DNA from: an uncultured delta proteobacterium
GTDB taxonomy: Bacteria > Desulfobacterota > Binatia > UBA9968
DNA: 64,000 bases
NCBI GenBank assembly: GCA_963760795.1
Contig: CAVXEP010000002.1
Location: 128,001-192,000, forward strand
Direction: 5' to 3'
Position 1 is the stretch's first letter; every line of letters begins with the position of its first letter. This document shows positions 42,439 to 50,974 of this stretch, piece by piece. The position numbers and the translations under genes were made by a program. The notes beneath the pieces were generated by a model. It made no database searches. It saw nothing but the letters and a program-made list of their open reading frames with translations, and was not told where the DNA came from.

Positions 42439-44721
42439 TCACTTCTTCGTCATCGCCCGCCAAACCACATCCGGCGTCAGCGGCACGGACTGTAATCGAG
42501 TGCCGGTCGCGGCGAATACCGCGTTGCCGATGGCCGGTGCCACAGGAAGAATGCCGCCTTCGCCCATTCCTTTTGCGCCGTAGGGTCCTGGCCCGCCGCC
42601 GCCTTCCATGATCGTGGTGGTGAATTCGCCGGGCAGATCGGTGAAACGCGGCAGGCAATAATCGATCAGACTGCCGTTGAGCAGTTGGCCATCTTGATAG
42701 GCGAGATCTTCAAACAACGCCTGGCCGATGCCGAACACCGCCGCGCCTTCGTCCTGGGCCTCGCATTGCATCGGATTGATCATCTTGCCGGCGTCGGTGA
42801 GCGAGATGTAGCGCAACAACTTCACGGCGCCGGTCTCGACGTCCACTTCGACTTCCGCCGCGCCAAAACCGATCTCCCAAAACGGCGACGGGAAACCGAG
42901 GGGCACGTTCTGGTCCTTTTCGATCTTGAAATAACCCCGCCCCCAAATCTCCCCTTCCGATTCTCTGAAGTGACGCTGCATCACTTCGCGAAAGCTCAAA
43001 CGCTCTTCGCCGCACAACGCCATGCCGTTTTCCAGTCGCACTTCGCCGGCCGGCGCTTTCAATACGGCGGCCGCCGCTTCGAGCAATTGCCGCCGCGCAT
43101 CGCGCGCGGCCTTGAGCACCGCTTGGCCCATGATCGATGTCGCGCTGCTGGCGTTGGTGCCTTTGTCGAAGGGCGTGGAGTGGGTATCCAACGCGGCGAC
43201 GCGCACCTGCGCCGGCGGCACGGACAACTCTTCGGCGACGACTTGCAGGAACGCCGTGCGCATCCCCTGCCCCACTTCGACCGAACCGGTCGACAACAGC
43301 ACACTGCCGTCGTTGAAGATTTTCACCGCCGCATTGGCCGGCTTGTTGGTCCCGCCGCCATCTTTCATCGCCGTGGCGATGCCGACGCCGCGCCGTTTGG
43401 GTCCATTACTTATTTGACTGCCGTGGGAATCCCAACCGATCGCCTGGGCGATGTTTTTCAATCCGGCCTTGAGATCGCAGTCGATGGGCGTATCGCCGGG
43501 AGAAAAGCTTTCGCCCCGGTCCAAAAGATTTTTCATGCGCAGGTCGAAGGGATCGATCGCCATGCGCTGGGCGATCATGTCGGTATGGGTCTCGTAGGCG
43601 TAGGCCACCTGCGGTCCGCCGAAGCCGCGAAATGCGCCGCCGGGGACGGTGTTGGTATATACCGAATAGGCATTCGTCAGCACATGGGGAATCCGATAGG
43701 GCCCATGGGCGCGGTAGCCGGCTTTTTCGGTCACCGATGGACCGGAGTTGGCGTAGGCGCCGCCATCGAGAAAAATCTCACAGTGGCGCGCGACGAACGT
43801 GCCGTCCTTCTTGACGCCGGTCTTGAGCGTCATCTTGGCGCGCGGCTGGCAAATGGTTTTGAAAGTTTCCTCGGCGCCGAACGCCAAGCGTACCGGCCGG
43901 CCGCACATGCGCGACAAGCAGGCGGCGATGCCTTCGGTCTTGATGCCGCTCTTGGCGCCGTAGCCGCCGCCCACCGCGGGCACGATGACGCGCACGCCGC
44001 TAAATGGCAGAGCGAAGATTCGCGCCAACTCTTGGCGCACTGGAAAGGGGCTCTGGGTTGCCGACCACACCGTCAGCGTCTCGCCCTCGAAATGGGCGAC
44101 GCAGACATGGGGTTCCATCGGATAATGCTGCGCGCTGGGAAAGTAAAAGGTATCTTCAAAGACTGCATCGGCGTCTTTGAATCCGGCGGCGATATCGCCG
44201 CGCTGGTGGCGAAAATGCAGACAGATATTGCTGTCGTCGTGGACGATATGCGAACCGCCGCGGCCATAGCCAGGGTCTCGGCGCTCGAGCTTTTCATGCA
44301 CCAACGGCGCGCCCGCCTTGAGCGCGTCGTCGATGCTGAATACCGCCGGCAACTCTTCATAATCGACGTCGATGAGTGTTAATGCCTGTGCCGCGATGCT
44401 CGGTTGCGTCGCCGCCACCGCCGCCACCATGTCGCCGGCATAGCGCACTTTGTCGGTGGCGATAATCTGCTGATCGCGCACGTACGCGCCGAAAGAATTG
44501 GCCGCGACCTTGATGGTATCGCGCGTGAGCACCGCGAGCACGCCCGGCAACGCGCTCGCCCGGCTGGCATCGATGCTGCGGATGCGCGCGTGGGGAACCG
44601 GGCTGCGCAGCACTTTGGCATATCCCATCCCCGGCAGCCGCATATCGCCGGCGTAGACTGCTTTTCCGGCAACCTTTTCAATACCGTCGATGCGTTGGAC
44701 GTTGCTTCCCACGGAGAACAT
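42439..44721 (-). CDS. Xanthine dehydrogenase-family Mo-binding large subunit, canonical
   Basis: SATQ, GGGYGAK, AFRGFG, EVGQG, AKGMGE. Confidence 0.92.
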   Translation of the reverse strand: MFSVGSNVQRIDGIEKVAGKAVYAGDMRLPGMGYAKVLRSPVPHARIRSIDASRASALPGVLAVLTRDTIKVAANSFGAYVRDQQIIATDKVRYAGDMVAAVAATQPSIAAQALTLIDVDYEELPAVFSIDDALKAGAPLVHEKLERRDPGYGRGGSHIVHDDSNICLHFRHQRGDIAAGFKDADAVFEDTFYFPSAQHYPMEPHVCVAHFEGETLTVWSATQSPFPVRQELARIFALPFSGVRVIVPAVGGGYGAKSGIKTEGIAACLSRMCGRPVRLAFGAEETFKTICQPRAKMTLKTGVKKDGTFVARHCEIFLDGGAYANSGPSVTEKAGYRAHGPYRIPHVLTNAYSVYTNTVPGGAFRGFGGPQVAYAYETHTDMIAQRMAIDPFDLRMKNLLDRGESFSPGDTPIDCDLKAGLKNIAQAIGWDSHGSQISNGPKRRGVGIATAMKDGGGTNKPANAAVKIFNDGSVLLSTGSVEVGQGMRTAFLQVVAEELSVPPAQVRVAALDTHSTPFDKGTNASSATSIMGQAVLKAARDARRQLLEAAAAVLKAPAGEVRLENGMALCGEERLSFREVMQRHFRESEGEIWGRGYFKIEKDQNVPLGFPSPFWEIGFGAAEVEVDVETGAVKLLRYISLTDAGKMINPMQCEAQDEGAAVFGIGQALFEDLAYQDGQLLNGSLIDYCLPRFTDLPGEFTTTIMEGGGGPGPYGAKGMGEGGILPVAPAIGNAVFAATGTRLQSVPLTPDVVWRAMTKK

Positions 44722-44852
44722 TACGCAGGTTCCTTATCTTCTCAACTTAGCGTTCCACCGTTCGACCAACTTTCGCTAGGGCGATCCCAGCCGACCTTGA
44801 CGTTGACAACAATCTTGGCCTTCGGTTAAGTGGCCTTGACGAATGAAGTTTC

Positions 44853-45611
44853 ATGACGGGAAAGGAATTAACCGTGGCTGACCATATCAAAATGACTCCG
44901 CAGGAAGCAAAACAAAAATCCGAGGCGATCCGCAAAATCATCCTCGACACCTATCACAATGAAGTGAAGCCATCGCCGTTCTTCACCGACCTGCGCGCCG
45001 GTACTTTGTCGCAAGCGCGCCTCCAGGGTTGGATCAGAAACTGGTATTCCTTCGCACTCGAGGTCAACACAGGAATGGCTACCTCTTACCACCAGTTCGT
45101 CGGCTTTTTTAAGCGCCATCCCGATATAGAAAATCGCATCGCGCAGAAGATCGGCGAAGAATTCACCACCCCCGCCATCGGCGGCCACGCGCGCATGCTG
45201 CCGGTCCTCGGCAAAGCCTTGGGCGTCACGCCGGAGCAAATGATCGAATGCGAACTGATACCCGAAGCGCGCGGCTTGGTAGACTTCTTCGTGCGTTCCT
45301 GGATCGATATCCCGTTAGCCGAATGCTACGCGGTGCATATGGAAGAAGAGATCTTCGGCTTCATCTCCCGCGACTTCCGCCAGAGTCTGCCCAAGTACGG
45401 CATTACCAACGAGGACATGAAGTATTTCCGCGTCCATGAGGAAGCCGATCTCGACGAGGACCACGGCGGCACCAATCAAGCAATCTTGGAAGTGGCGTTA
45501 CAGGAAGGTTACGGCAACGAACGCGCCGGCTGGCCGCTGGAGTACTGCGGCAAGATCGCCGTGCAAATGATCGGTAACTTTTATGACGGCGTGTACCGGC
45601 GCTATCCGTAG
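44853..45611 (+). CDS. HDO (TenA/PqqC/CADD-like) protein
   Basis: GEEF, GGH, MEEE, YFRVHEEADLDEDH. Confidence 0.75.
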   Translation: MTGKELTVADHIKMTPQEAKQKSEAIRKIILDTYHNEVKPSPFFTDLRAGTLSQARLQGWIRNWYSFALEVNTGMATSYHQFVGFFKRHPDIENRIAQKIGEEFTTPAIGGHARMLPVLGKALGVTPEQMIECELIPEARGLVDFFVRSWIDIPLAECYAVHMEEEIFGFISRDFRQSLPKYGITNEDMKYFRVHEEADLDEDHGGTNQAILEVALQEGYGNERAGWPLEYCGKIAVQMIGNFYDGVYRRYP

Positions 45612-45775
45612 GCGAGACGGCGGTTCAATCCGTTCAACCGCTGCGCTCCGTTCAAGCCGTTCAAATCGTAATTCCGAACCGATCGAATCCGACGTCTTAA
45701 ACTACTAGAACGAATTGACCGGTTGGAACGAGATCGAACCGCCATAGCTGTCAACGAAATTTGCTCGGAGGATTT

Positions 45776-46714
45776 GTGACCAAGTTCGGAGTATTTTTGC
45801 CGGTCTCCGGCCGCGCCGCCAGCCGCAATACGCTGCGCCAAGCGGCGCAAGAAGCGGAAACGCTGGGCTACGATTCGGTTTGGGCCGCGGACCGTTTGGT
45901 GATCCCGTGGAAAATCGGCACCACCTATCCCTATAGCAAGGAAGCGACGTTCATCGTCCCGCCCGACCGGCCGTTTTTCGATACCATGACTTGCCTGGCC
46001 TTCCTGGCCGGCTGCACCGAGACCATTCAGTTAGGCATGAGCGTCATGGTGCTGCCCTACCGCCATCCGCTCCACTGGTCGCGCATCGCCACGACCATCG
46101 ATCAATTGTCCACCGGCCGGTTGATTCTCGGCGTCGGCGTCGGCTGGATGGAGGAAGAGTTCGCCGCCATGAACGCGCCGTTCAAAGAACGCGGCAAGGT
46201 TTCCGACGAACAGTTGACGCTGCTCAAGCAGTTATGGAGCGAAGAGCACATCACTTTTCACGGCAAGTATTATAACGTCGACGACATCGCCGTTTTGCCC
46301 AAGCCCTATCAAAAGCCACGGCTGCCGATCTGGGTCGGCGGCGAGGGCAAATACGCCCAGCGCCGCGCCGGCCGGTTCGGCGACGCCTGGTTTCCCTATT
46401 TCGTCAAAGTCACGCCCGAGCAGTTGGCCGCCGGCTATGACAACGTCCGCGCCGAGGCGAAAAAAGCCGGCCGCGATCCCGATGAAGTCCAACTCGCATG
46501 CTGCTTACCCGTCGAACTCACGCCAACCGACGGACCGCAAATCACCGACTATCTCAAAGGCAGCATTGACCAGGTCAAAGAAAGATTGAAGCAGTTCATC
46601 GCCGTCGGCTGCGTTCACATCGGCTTGCAATTCATGATCCCGCACTATCCCGAACGGCGCGAGCAGATCGAACGCTTCGCCAAGGAAGCGCTGGCGGAGT
46701 TAAAATTAACGTGA
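45776..46714 (+). CDS. LLM-class (probably F420-dependent) oxidoreductase
   Basis: GTG start after GGAGG; GYDSVWAAD, LPYRHP, GRLILGVGVGWMEEEF, PIWVGG. Confidence 0.88.
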   Translation: MTKFGVFLPVSGRAASRNTLRQAAQEAETLGYDSVWAADRLVIPWKIGTTYPYSKEATFIVPPDRPFFDTMTCLAFLAGCTETIQLGMSVMVLPYRHPLHWSRIATTIDQLSTGRLILGVGVGWMEEEFAAMNAPFKERGKVSDEQLTLLKQLWSEEHITFHGKYYNVDDIAVLPKPYQKPRLPIWVGGEGKYAQRRAGRFGDAWFPYFVKVTPEQLAAGYDNVRAEAKKAGRDPDEVQLACCLPVELTPTDGPQITDYLKGSIDQVKERLKQFIAVGCVHIGLQFMIPHYPERREQIERFAKEALAELKLT

Positions 46715-46749
46715 TCGTAGCCCGTGTTCGTGCTCGTGTAGAATCCATT

Positions 46750-46835
46750 CACCACGAAGGTCACAAGAGCACAACGTTCGGAATATTCATTAATCATCCG
46801 AACCCTTCGTGTCCTTCGTGCCTTCGTGGTGAAAA
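46750..46835. repeat. CACGAAG/CTTCGTG 9-mer palindromic element
   Basis: CACCACGAAGGTCAC...CCTTCGTGTCCTTCGTGCCTTCGTGGTG; related to 22296 and 32220-32310. Confidence 0.65.
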
Positions 46836-46944
46836 TATCCTTTGCCATCCAACGCCACAGCTTGAACTTCCCAGGCCTGACGTGGATAAAAATTAGCATC
46901 GGTAAACGGATACTGACAATCACAGAGAAGGAAGGATAGTTTTC

Positions 46945-47950
46945 ATGGCCAATTTACCCAGAGTTGCATTGATTTTGACCGGCGGCACCATCGACTCGGT
47001 GGGCAAGGACCGACTTGATCTCGCCTGGTACATCGAAGCGGGCAAGCGTTTGAACGACGGCGAACTGCTCGAACAGCTGCCAGAACTAAAAGGTATCGCC
47101 GAGATACAAGAGATTCCCTTTCGCCGCTTACCCAGCCACGCGCTGGTGGACAAAGACTGGCTCGATCTCGTGCGCACCATCCATAAGATCTTCGACGACG
47201 ACAAAGCCGATGGCATCGTCATCACCCACGGTACAAATACGATTGAAGAGACCGCCTATTTCTTAAATCTCGTGCTCAAGACCGATAAGCCGGTGGTGGT
47301 GGTCGGTTCCATGCGTCCGTCGTCGGCGATCAGCGCGGACGGTTATTTGAATTTGGTCAACGCCGTCAAAGTCGCCGCCGATCCGAGTTCCCGCGGCCGC
47401 GGCTGCTTGCTGGTGATGAACGATACGATTTTCAACGGCCGGGACGTAACGAAGAACGCCACCTACCGCGTCGAAGCTTTTCAGTCGCGCGACTTGGGCC
47501 CGCTCGGCTTCGCCGACGGCGACGGCAAAATCGTTTACTACCACACGCCGGTGCGCAAGCACACGACGGCAACCGAGTTCGACGTGCGGCAATCTGGAAT
47601 CGCTACCGCGCGTCGACATGGTCGTCTCGTATGTCGGCGCCGACGGCACCATGATCGAAGCCGCAGCCAAGGCCGGCGCCAAAGGCATCGTCAGCGCCGG
47701 CACCGGCGCCGGCCGGCCGACCCCCGCGGAAGATGCCGCCTTCGACAAGTGTTTCAAAGAAACCGGCATGCTCATGTGCCTGTGCAGCCGCGTCGCCGCC
47801 GGCCGCGTCGTGCGCAGCCCAGGCCTACAACGCCGCGGCTTCGTCGCCGGCGACAACTTGCAGCCATGGAAAGCGCGCTTGCTGCTCGCTCTCGCTTTGA
47901 CCAAGACCATCAACCCCGATGAAATTCAAAGGATGATAGATACTTACTGA
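46945..47950 (+). CDS. L-asparaginase family protein; frameshift near 47590
   Basis: TGGTI, ITHGTNTIEETAY, GSMRP; C-terminal part in ORF 47618..47950 (DNLQPWKARLLL). Confidence 0.9.
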
Positions 47951-47955
47951 TTCTA
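47683..47955 (+). repeat. 273-bp direct repeat, left copy (asparaginase 3' end)
   Basis: Matches 52438-52710 with about 11 substitutions and 2 single-base indels by manual alignment. Confidence 0.92.
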
Positions 47956-47974
47956 CTTTTAATGCCGTGTCAGC

Positions 47975-48489
47975 TCAGCAAGGGTTCACGCGCGAAGGGT
48001 ATTGATCTGCGTGCTGCCCCGTTTGACTGGCACGGCGAGTTGCTCCCGGCAGTTTCTTCCGATCCGACGGTAAACCAATTGTCTCCGCCTTCGTCTGCAT
48101 CCAGGCAAAGCGAAGTGATGGCTCAAGCGACACCTCTGCGTCCTGGGCCGCAGTGCGCTGTTGCTTGAAACACAAAGCTCGTTGGATCTGAGGCTAATTC
48201 TAAGACTCGTCTTACGGTACTGTCTTTGAGCCTACGTTTACACGGCCGCCCTCGGTTCCCGTGAACCACTCCCTTGGCTCCGGCCTTACTCACCCGGGCT
48301 TTGATCCGGTAACTTTGCCGTTCGCTTAGTCCCATGACCAGTGCGGCTTGTCCCACGGTCAACTCATTGCGATACACTCGTTGAATTACGTCTAGTCGTT
48401 TCTCGTTTCTCATTGTCAGGGTTGTCATCCTTCCACCCTGACATAATTACGTTGCCGTTAACCCCTGACATAATCATGTTGCTACTACA
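47975..48489 (-). mobile_element. Internally deleted IS1202/ISNCY-like element: left end, HTH region and C-terminal scrap, no DDE core
   Basis: TGT terminus at 48489; MTTLTM...AALVMGLSERQ...HGNRGR; then RALCFKQQRT in another frame. Confidence 0.8.
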
Positions 48490-48612
48490 TGCAGTTAAAC
48501 ATTTGTTGACATCATGAGCGATGCTGTTCTAACAATCTGAGGTGCCTTGATGGTTAGACTCGTTATCACCCCATTGCCGCCGATGCCAAGCCGAATGTGA
48601 TAGGAGGTTCTT

Positions 48613-50958
48613 GTGAATAGAAGTTTTCTTCGTCTTAGCGGCACCTGCTTTTCGTCGTTTATCTCGCTACTGCTCATGGTTTTTATTGCCGCCAATGGTG
48701 CGTCGGGGGCATCCGCGCTGACGGCACACTTTGTCGGCGTGGGCGCGGACGCAGTCAGCGAAACAGCGCTATCCCCGGATGGACGGGGCGACTTTAACAT
48801 CAAGGTCGCCGGCTTGCGCTCGGTTCCCACTGAGATTCAAATACTCTCCGAAACCGGCGGCATTTGGTACGTTCCCTTCAATGGCAACAACTGGGTCATC
48901 GCATTGGCGAACTATACCAACGGAACGGGAGATCTCTATTTCTCTCAGTATCCTAGCGAGAGTTTTACACTCCAGGTGGCCTACGCGGACGGAACGACGG
49001 ATCAAACTACGGTGCTGAATCCGTCGACGCAACCATCATCACTGACGGCGAGTTTCCTAGGTGTGGGCTCCGACTTCGTCAGCGAAACCGCTTTGGCGCC
49101 AGATGGCCGGCCTGATTTTAGTATCAAACTCACCGGACTACGCTCGGCGCCAACGCAAATACAAATACTTTCTGATACGGGCGGCCTCTGGAAGGTTCCC
49201 TTCAATGGCAACAATTGGGTGATCGCCTTGCCAAACTTCAACACCGGAACAGGCAATCTCTATTTTTCGCAGTACGGCAGCAATTCATTCCGGGTCCAAG
49301 TGACATACGCCGACGGCACCACGGACCAAGCGGACTCCACGACTCCAACCGGCAACGCACAGGGAGATGTCCAACGCCTGCTTGAGCAGGCGACCTTCGG
49401 AGCCACCACCGGGCAGACGGCCAGCGTGCAAGGGAGCGGAATCGAGGCATACCTAAATCAACAGCTGAACACACCCATGCAAGATTACCCGGACCTGGAG
49501 TTTTGGCCGCAAACCCGGCCGGCCACCTGCATTGATACTTGTCAACGTGACAACTACACCTATTATCAAGTGCAAAGGCACTTCTTCGCCAACGCTCTTA
49601 GCGGCCAGGATCAACTACGCCAGCGCGTCGCATTCGGCCTCAGTCAGATCCTGGTAACATCCCAAGTTGACGTGCCCAGGTCGGCCTGGATGAGAAGCTA
49701 CCAGCAGCTCCTCTATCGCAACGCCTTCGGTAACTTTCGCCAACTCCTCTACGATATGACTTTGCATCCGACCATGGGACGGTTCCTAGACATGCTCAAT
49801 AGTCGCTGCCAGCGGCTCGCGACCAACAACGATCCTAACGTTTGTCGCAATGGCTTAGTTTCGCAGCCCAACGAAAACTTTGGGCGTGAAATACTTCAAT
49901 TGTTTTCCATCGGGACGTTTCTTTTGAATCAAGATGGAACTCGTAAACTCGATGGTGCTGGCAACCCCATCCCATCATACGATCAAAAGACGATCGAAGA
50001 GTTTGCCCGAGTCTTTACCGGCTGGGTTCTAGCCCCGGCTCTTCCCGGGCCCGTGGACTCCGGGGCCGCCACCGTGCCGAATTACCGCGATCCGATGGTT
50101 CAGCATAAAGACTCGCAAAATCGCGAGGACTATCACGACCGTGGGCAGAAAACGTTATTGAACGGCCAAATTCTCCCGGCTGGTCAAACTGCCAGCCAGG
50201 ATCTTAACGCGGCGATCGACAACATCGCATTTCATCCCAACGTGGCGCCGTTTATCAGCAAGCAATTGATCCAGCAGCTGGTCACTAGCAATCCCAGTCT
50301 GGACTATGTCGGCAGAGTTGCCGCCGTGTTTACAGGCGCGCGCGATTCGCAGACACAGCTCTTTGAAGTCGTCAAAGCGATCCTGCTCGATCCAGAAGCG
50401 CGCGGCGATTTCAAAGATCCTACGAGCCAGCCCAATTACGGCAAGCTGCGCGAACCGGTGTTGTTCATCACGAACATCCTCCGTGCCTTCAATGCGACGA
50501 GCGACGGGATATTAAACAGTCCTGGGGGCGGAATCGGCACCGCAGATATGGGCGAGGACATATTCAATGCACCGTCGGTGTTTAATTATTTTCCACCGAC
50601 CGCGCGAGTTCCGGGTGAAAATGCGGTGGGACCTGAGTTCGCAATCTTCTCGTCGCTATCTTCATTGCGCCGCGCCAACTTCGCGAACCAGGTGATTTTC
50701 AGCACGATTGCTCCGGCGCCGCCGAACCGGCCGCTGGGTACGTCCATCGACTTATCACCGTTCGACCCGCTCGCAGCCAATCCGGATCAACTGCTCGACA
50801 CACTTGATAATCTGTTACTGCATGGCTCCATGTCTGCCGAGATGCGCCAGATTATAAAAACCGCCGTATCGGCCATTGCCGTCACCAACCCGCGGCTACG
50901 CGCGCGCACCGCGGTCTACTTGATTGCGACGTCCTCGCAATATCAGGTGCAACGTTAA
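48613..50958 (+). CDS. DUF1800-family protein with two N-terminal ~97-aa repeats
   Basis: TAGGAGG RBS; RLLEQATFG, DQLRQRVAF.LSQI, PNENFGREILQLFSIG, GKLREP, APSVFNY. Confidence 0.88.
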   Translation: MNRSFLRLSGTCFSSFISLLLMVFIAANGASGASALTAHFVGVGADAVSETALSPDGRGDFNIKVAGLRSVPTEIQILSETGGIWYVPFNGNNWVIALANYTNGTGDLYFSQYPSESFTLQVAYADGTTDQTTVLNPSTQPSSLTASFLGVGSDFVSETALAPDGRPDFSIKLTGLRSAPTQIQILSDTGGLWKVPFNGNNWVIALPNFNTGTGNLYFSQYGSNSFRVQVTYADGTTDQADSTTPTGNAQGDVQRLLEQATFGATTGQTASVQGSGIEAYLNQQLNTPMQDYPDLEFWPQTRPATCIDTCQRDNYTYYQVQRHFFANALSGQDQLRQRVAFGLSQILVTSQVDVPRSAWMRSYQQLLYRNAFGNFRQLLYDMTLHPTMGRFLDMLNSRCQRLATNNDPNVCRNGLVSQPNENFGREILQLFSIGTFLLNQDGTRKLDGAGNPIPSYDQKTIEEFARVFTGWVLAPALPGPVDSGAATVPNYRDPMVQHKDSQNREDYHDRGQKTLLNGQILPAGQTASQDLNAAIDNIAFHPNVAPFISKQLIQQLVTSNPSLDYVGRVAAVFTGARDSQTQLFEVVKAILLDPEARGDFKDPTSQPNYGKLREPVLFITNILRAFNATSDGILNSPGGGIGTADMGEDIFNAPSVFNYFPPTARVPGENAVGPEFAIFSSLSSLRRANFANQVIFSTIAPAPPNRPLGTSIDLSPFDPLAANPDQLLDTLDNLLLHGSMSAEMRQIIKTAVSAIAVTNPRLRARTAVYLIATSSQYQVQR

Positions 50959-50974
50959 TAAGGAGGATCTCGCG

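Noticed and set aside
42685-44382. Long + strand ORF (565 aa) and similar antisense ORFs (32880..33860, 31340..32197, 22278..23204)
   Set aside because: Shadow ORFs opposite well-supported GC-rich genes, with no recognisable motifs
38422-44721. Aerobic CO dehydrogenase (coxMSL)
   Set aside because: Neither large subunit has the form I AYxCSFR loop, and no cox accessory genes are present
16131-45611. PQQ biosynthesis (pqqC)
   Set aside because: No pqqA/B/D/E; the ligand set resembles metal-binding HDOs
22296-46835. CRISPR array from the short repeats
   Set aside because: No constant repeat with regular unique spacers, and no cas genes
13355-48489. Intact composite transposon
   Set aside because: Both ends are left-end remnants, there is no complete transposase, and no target-site duplication (CATAC versus TGCAG)
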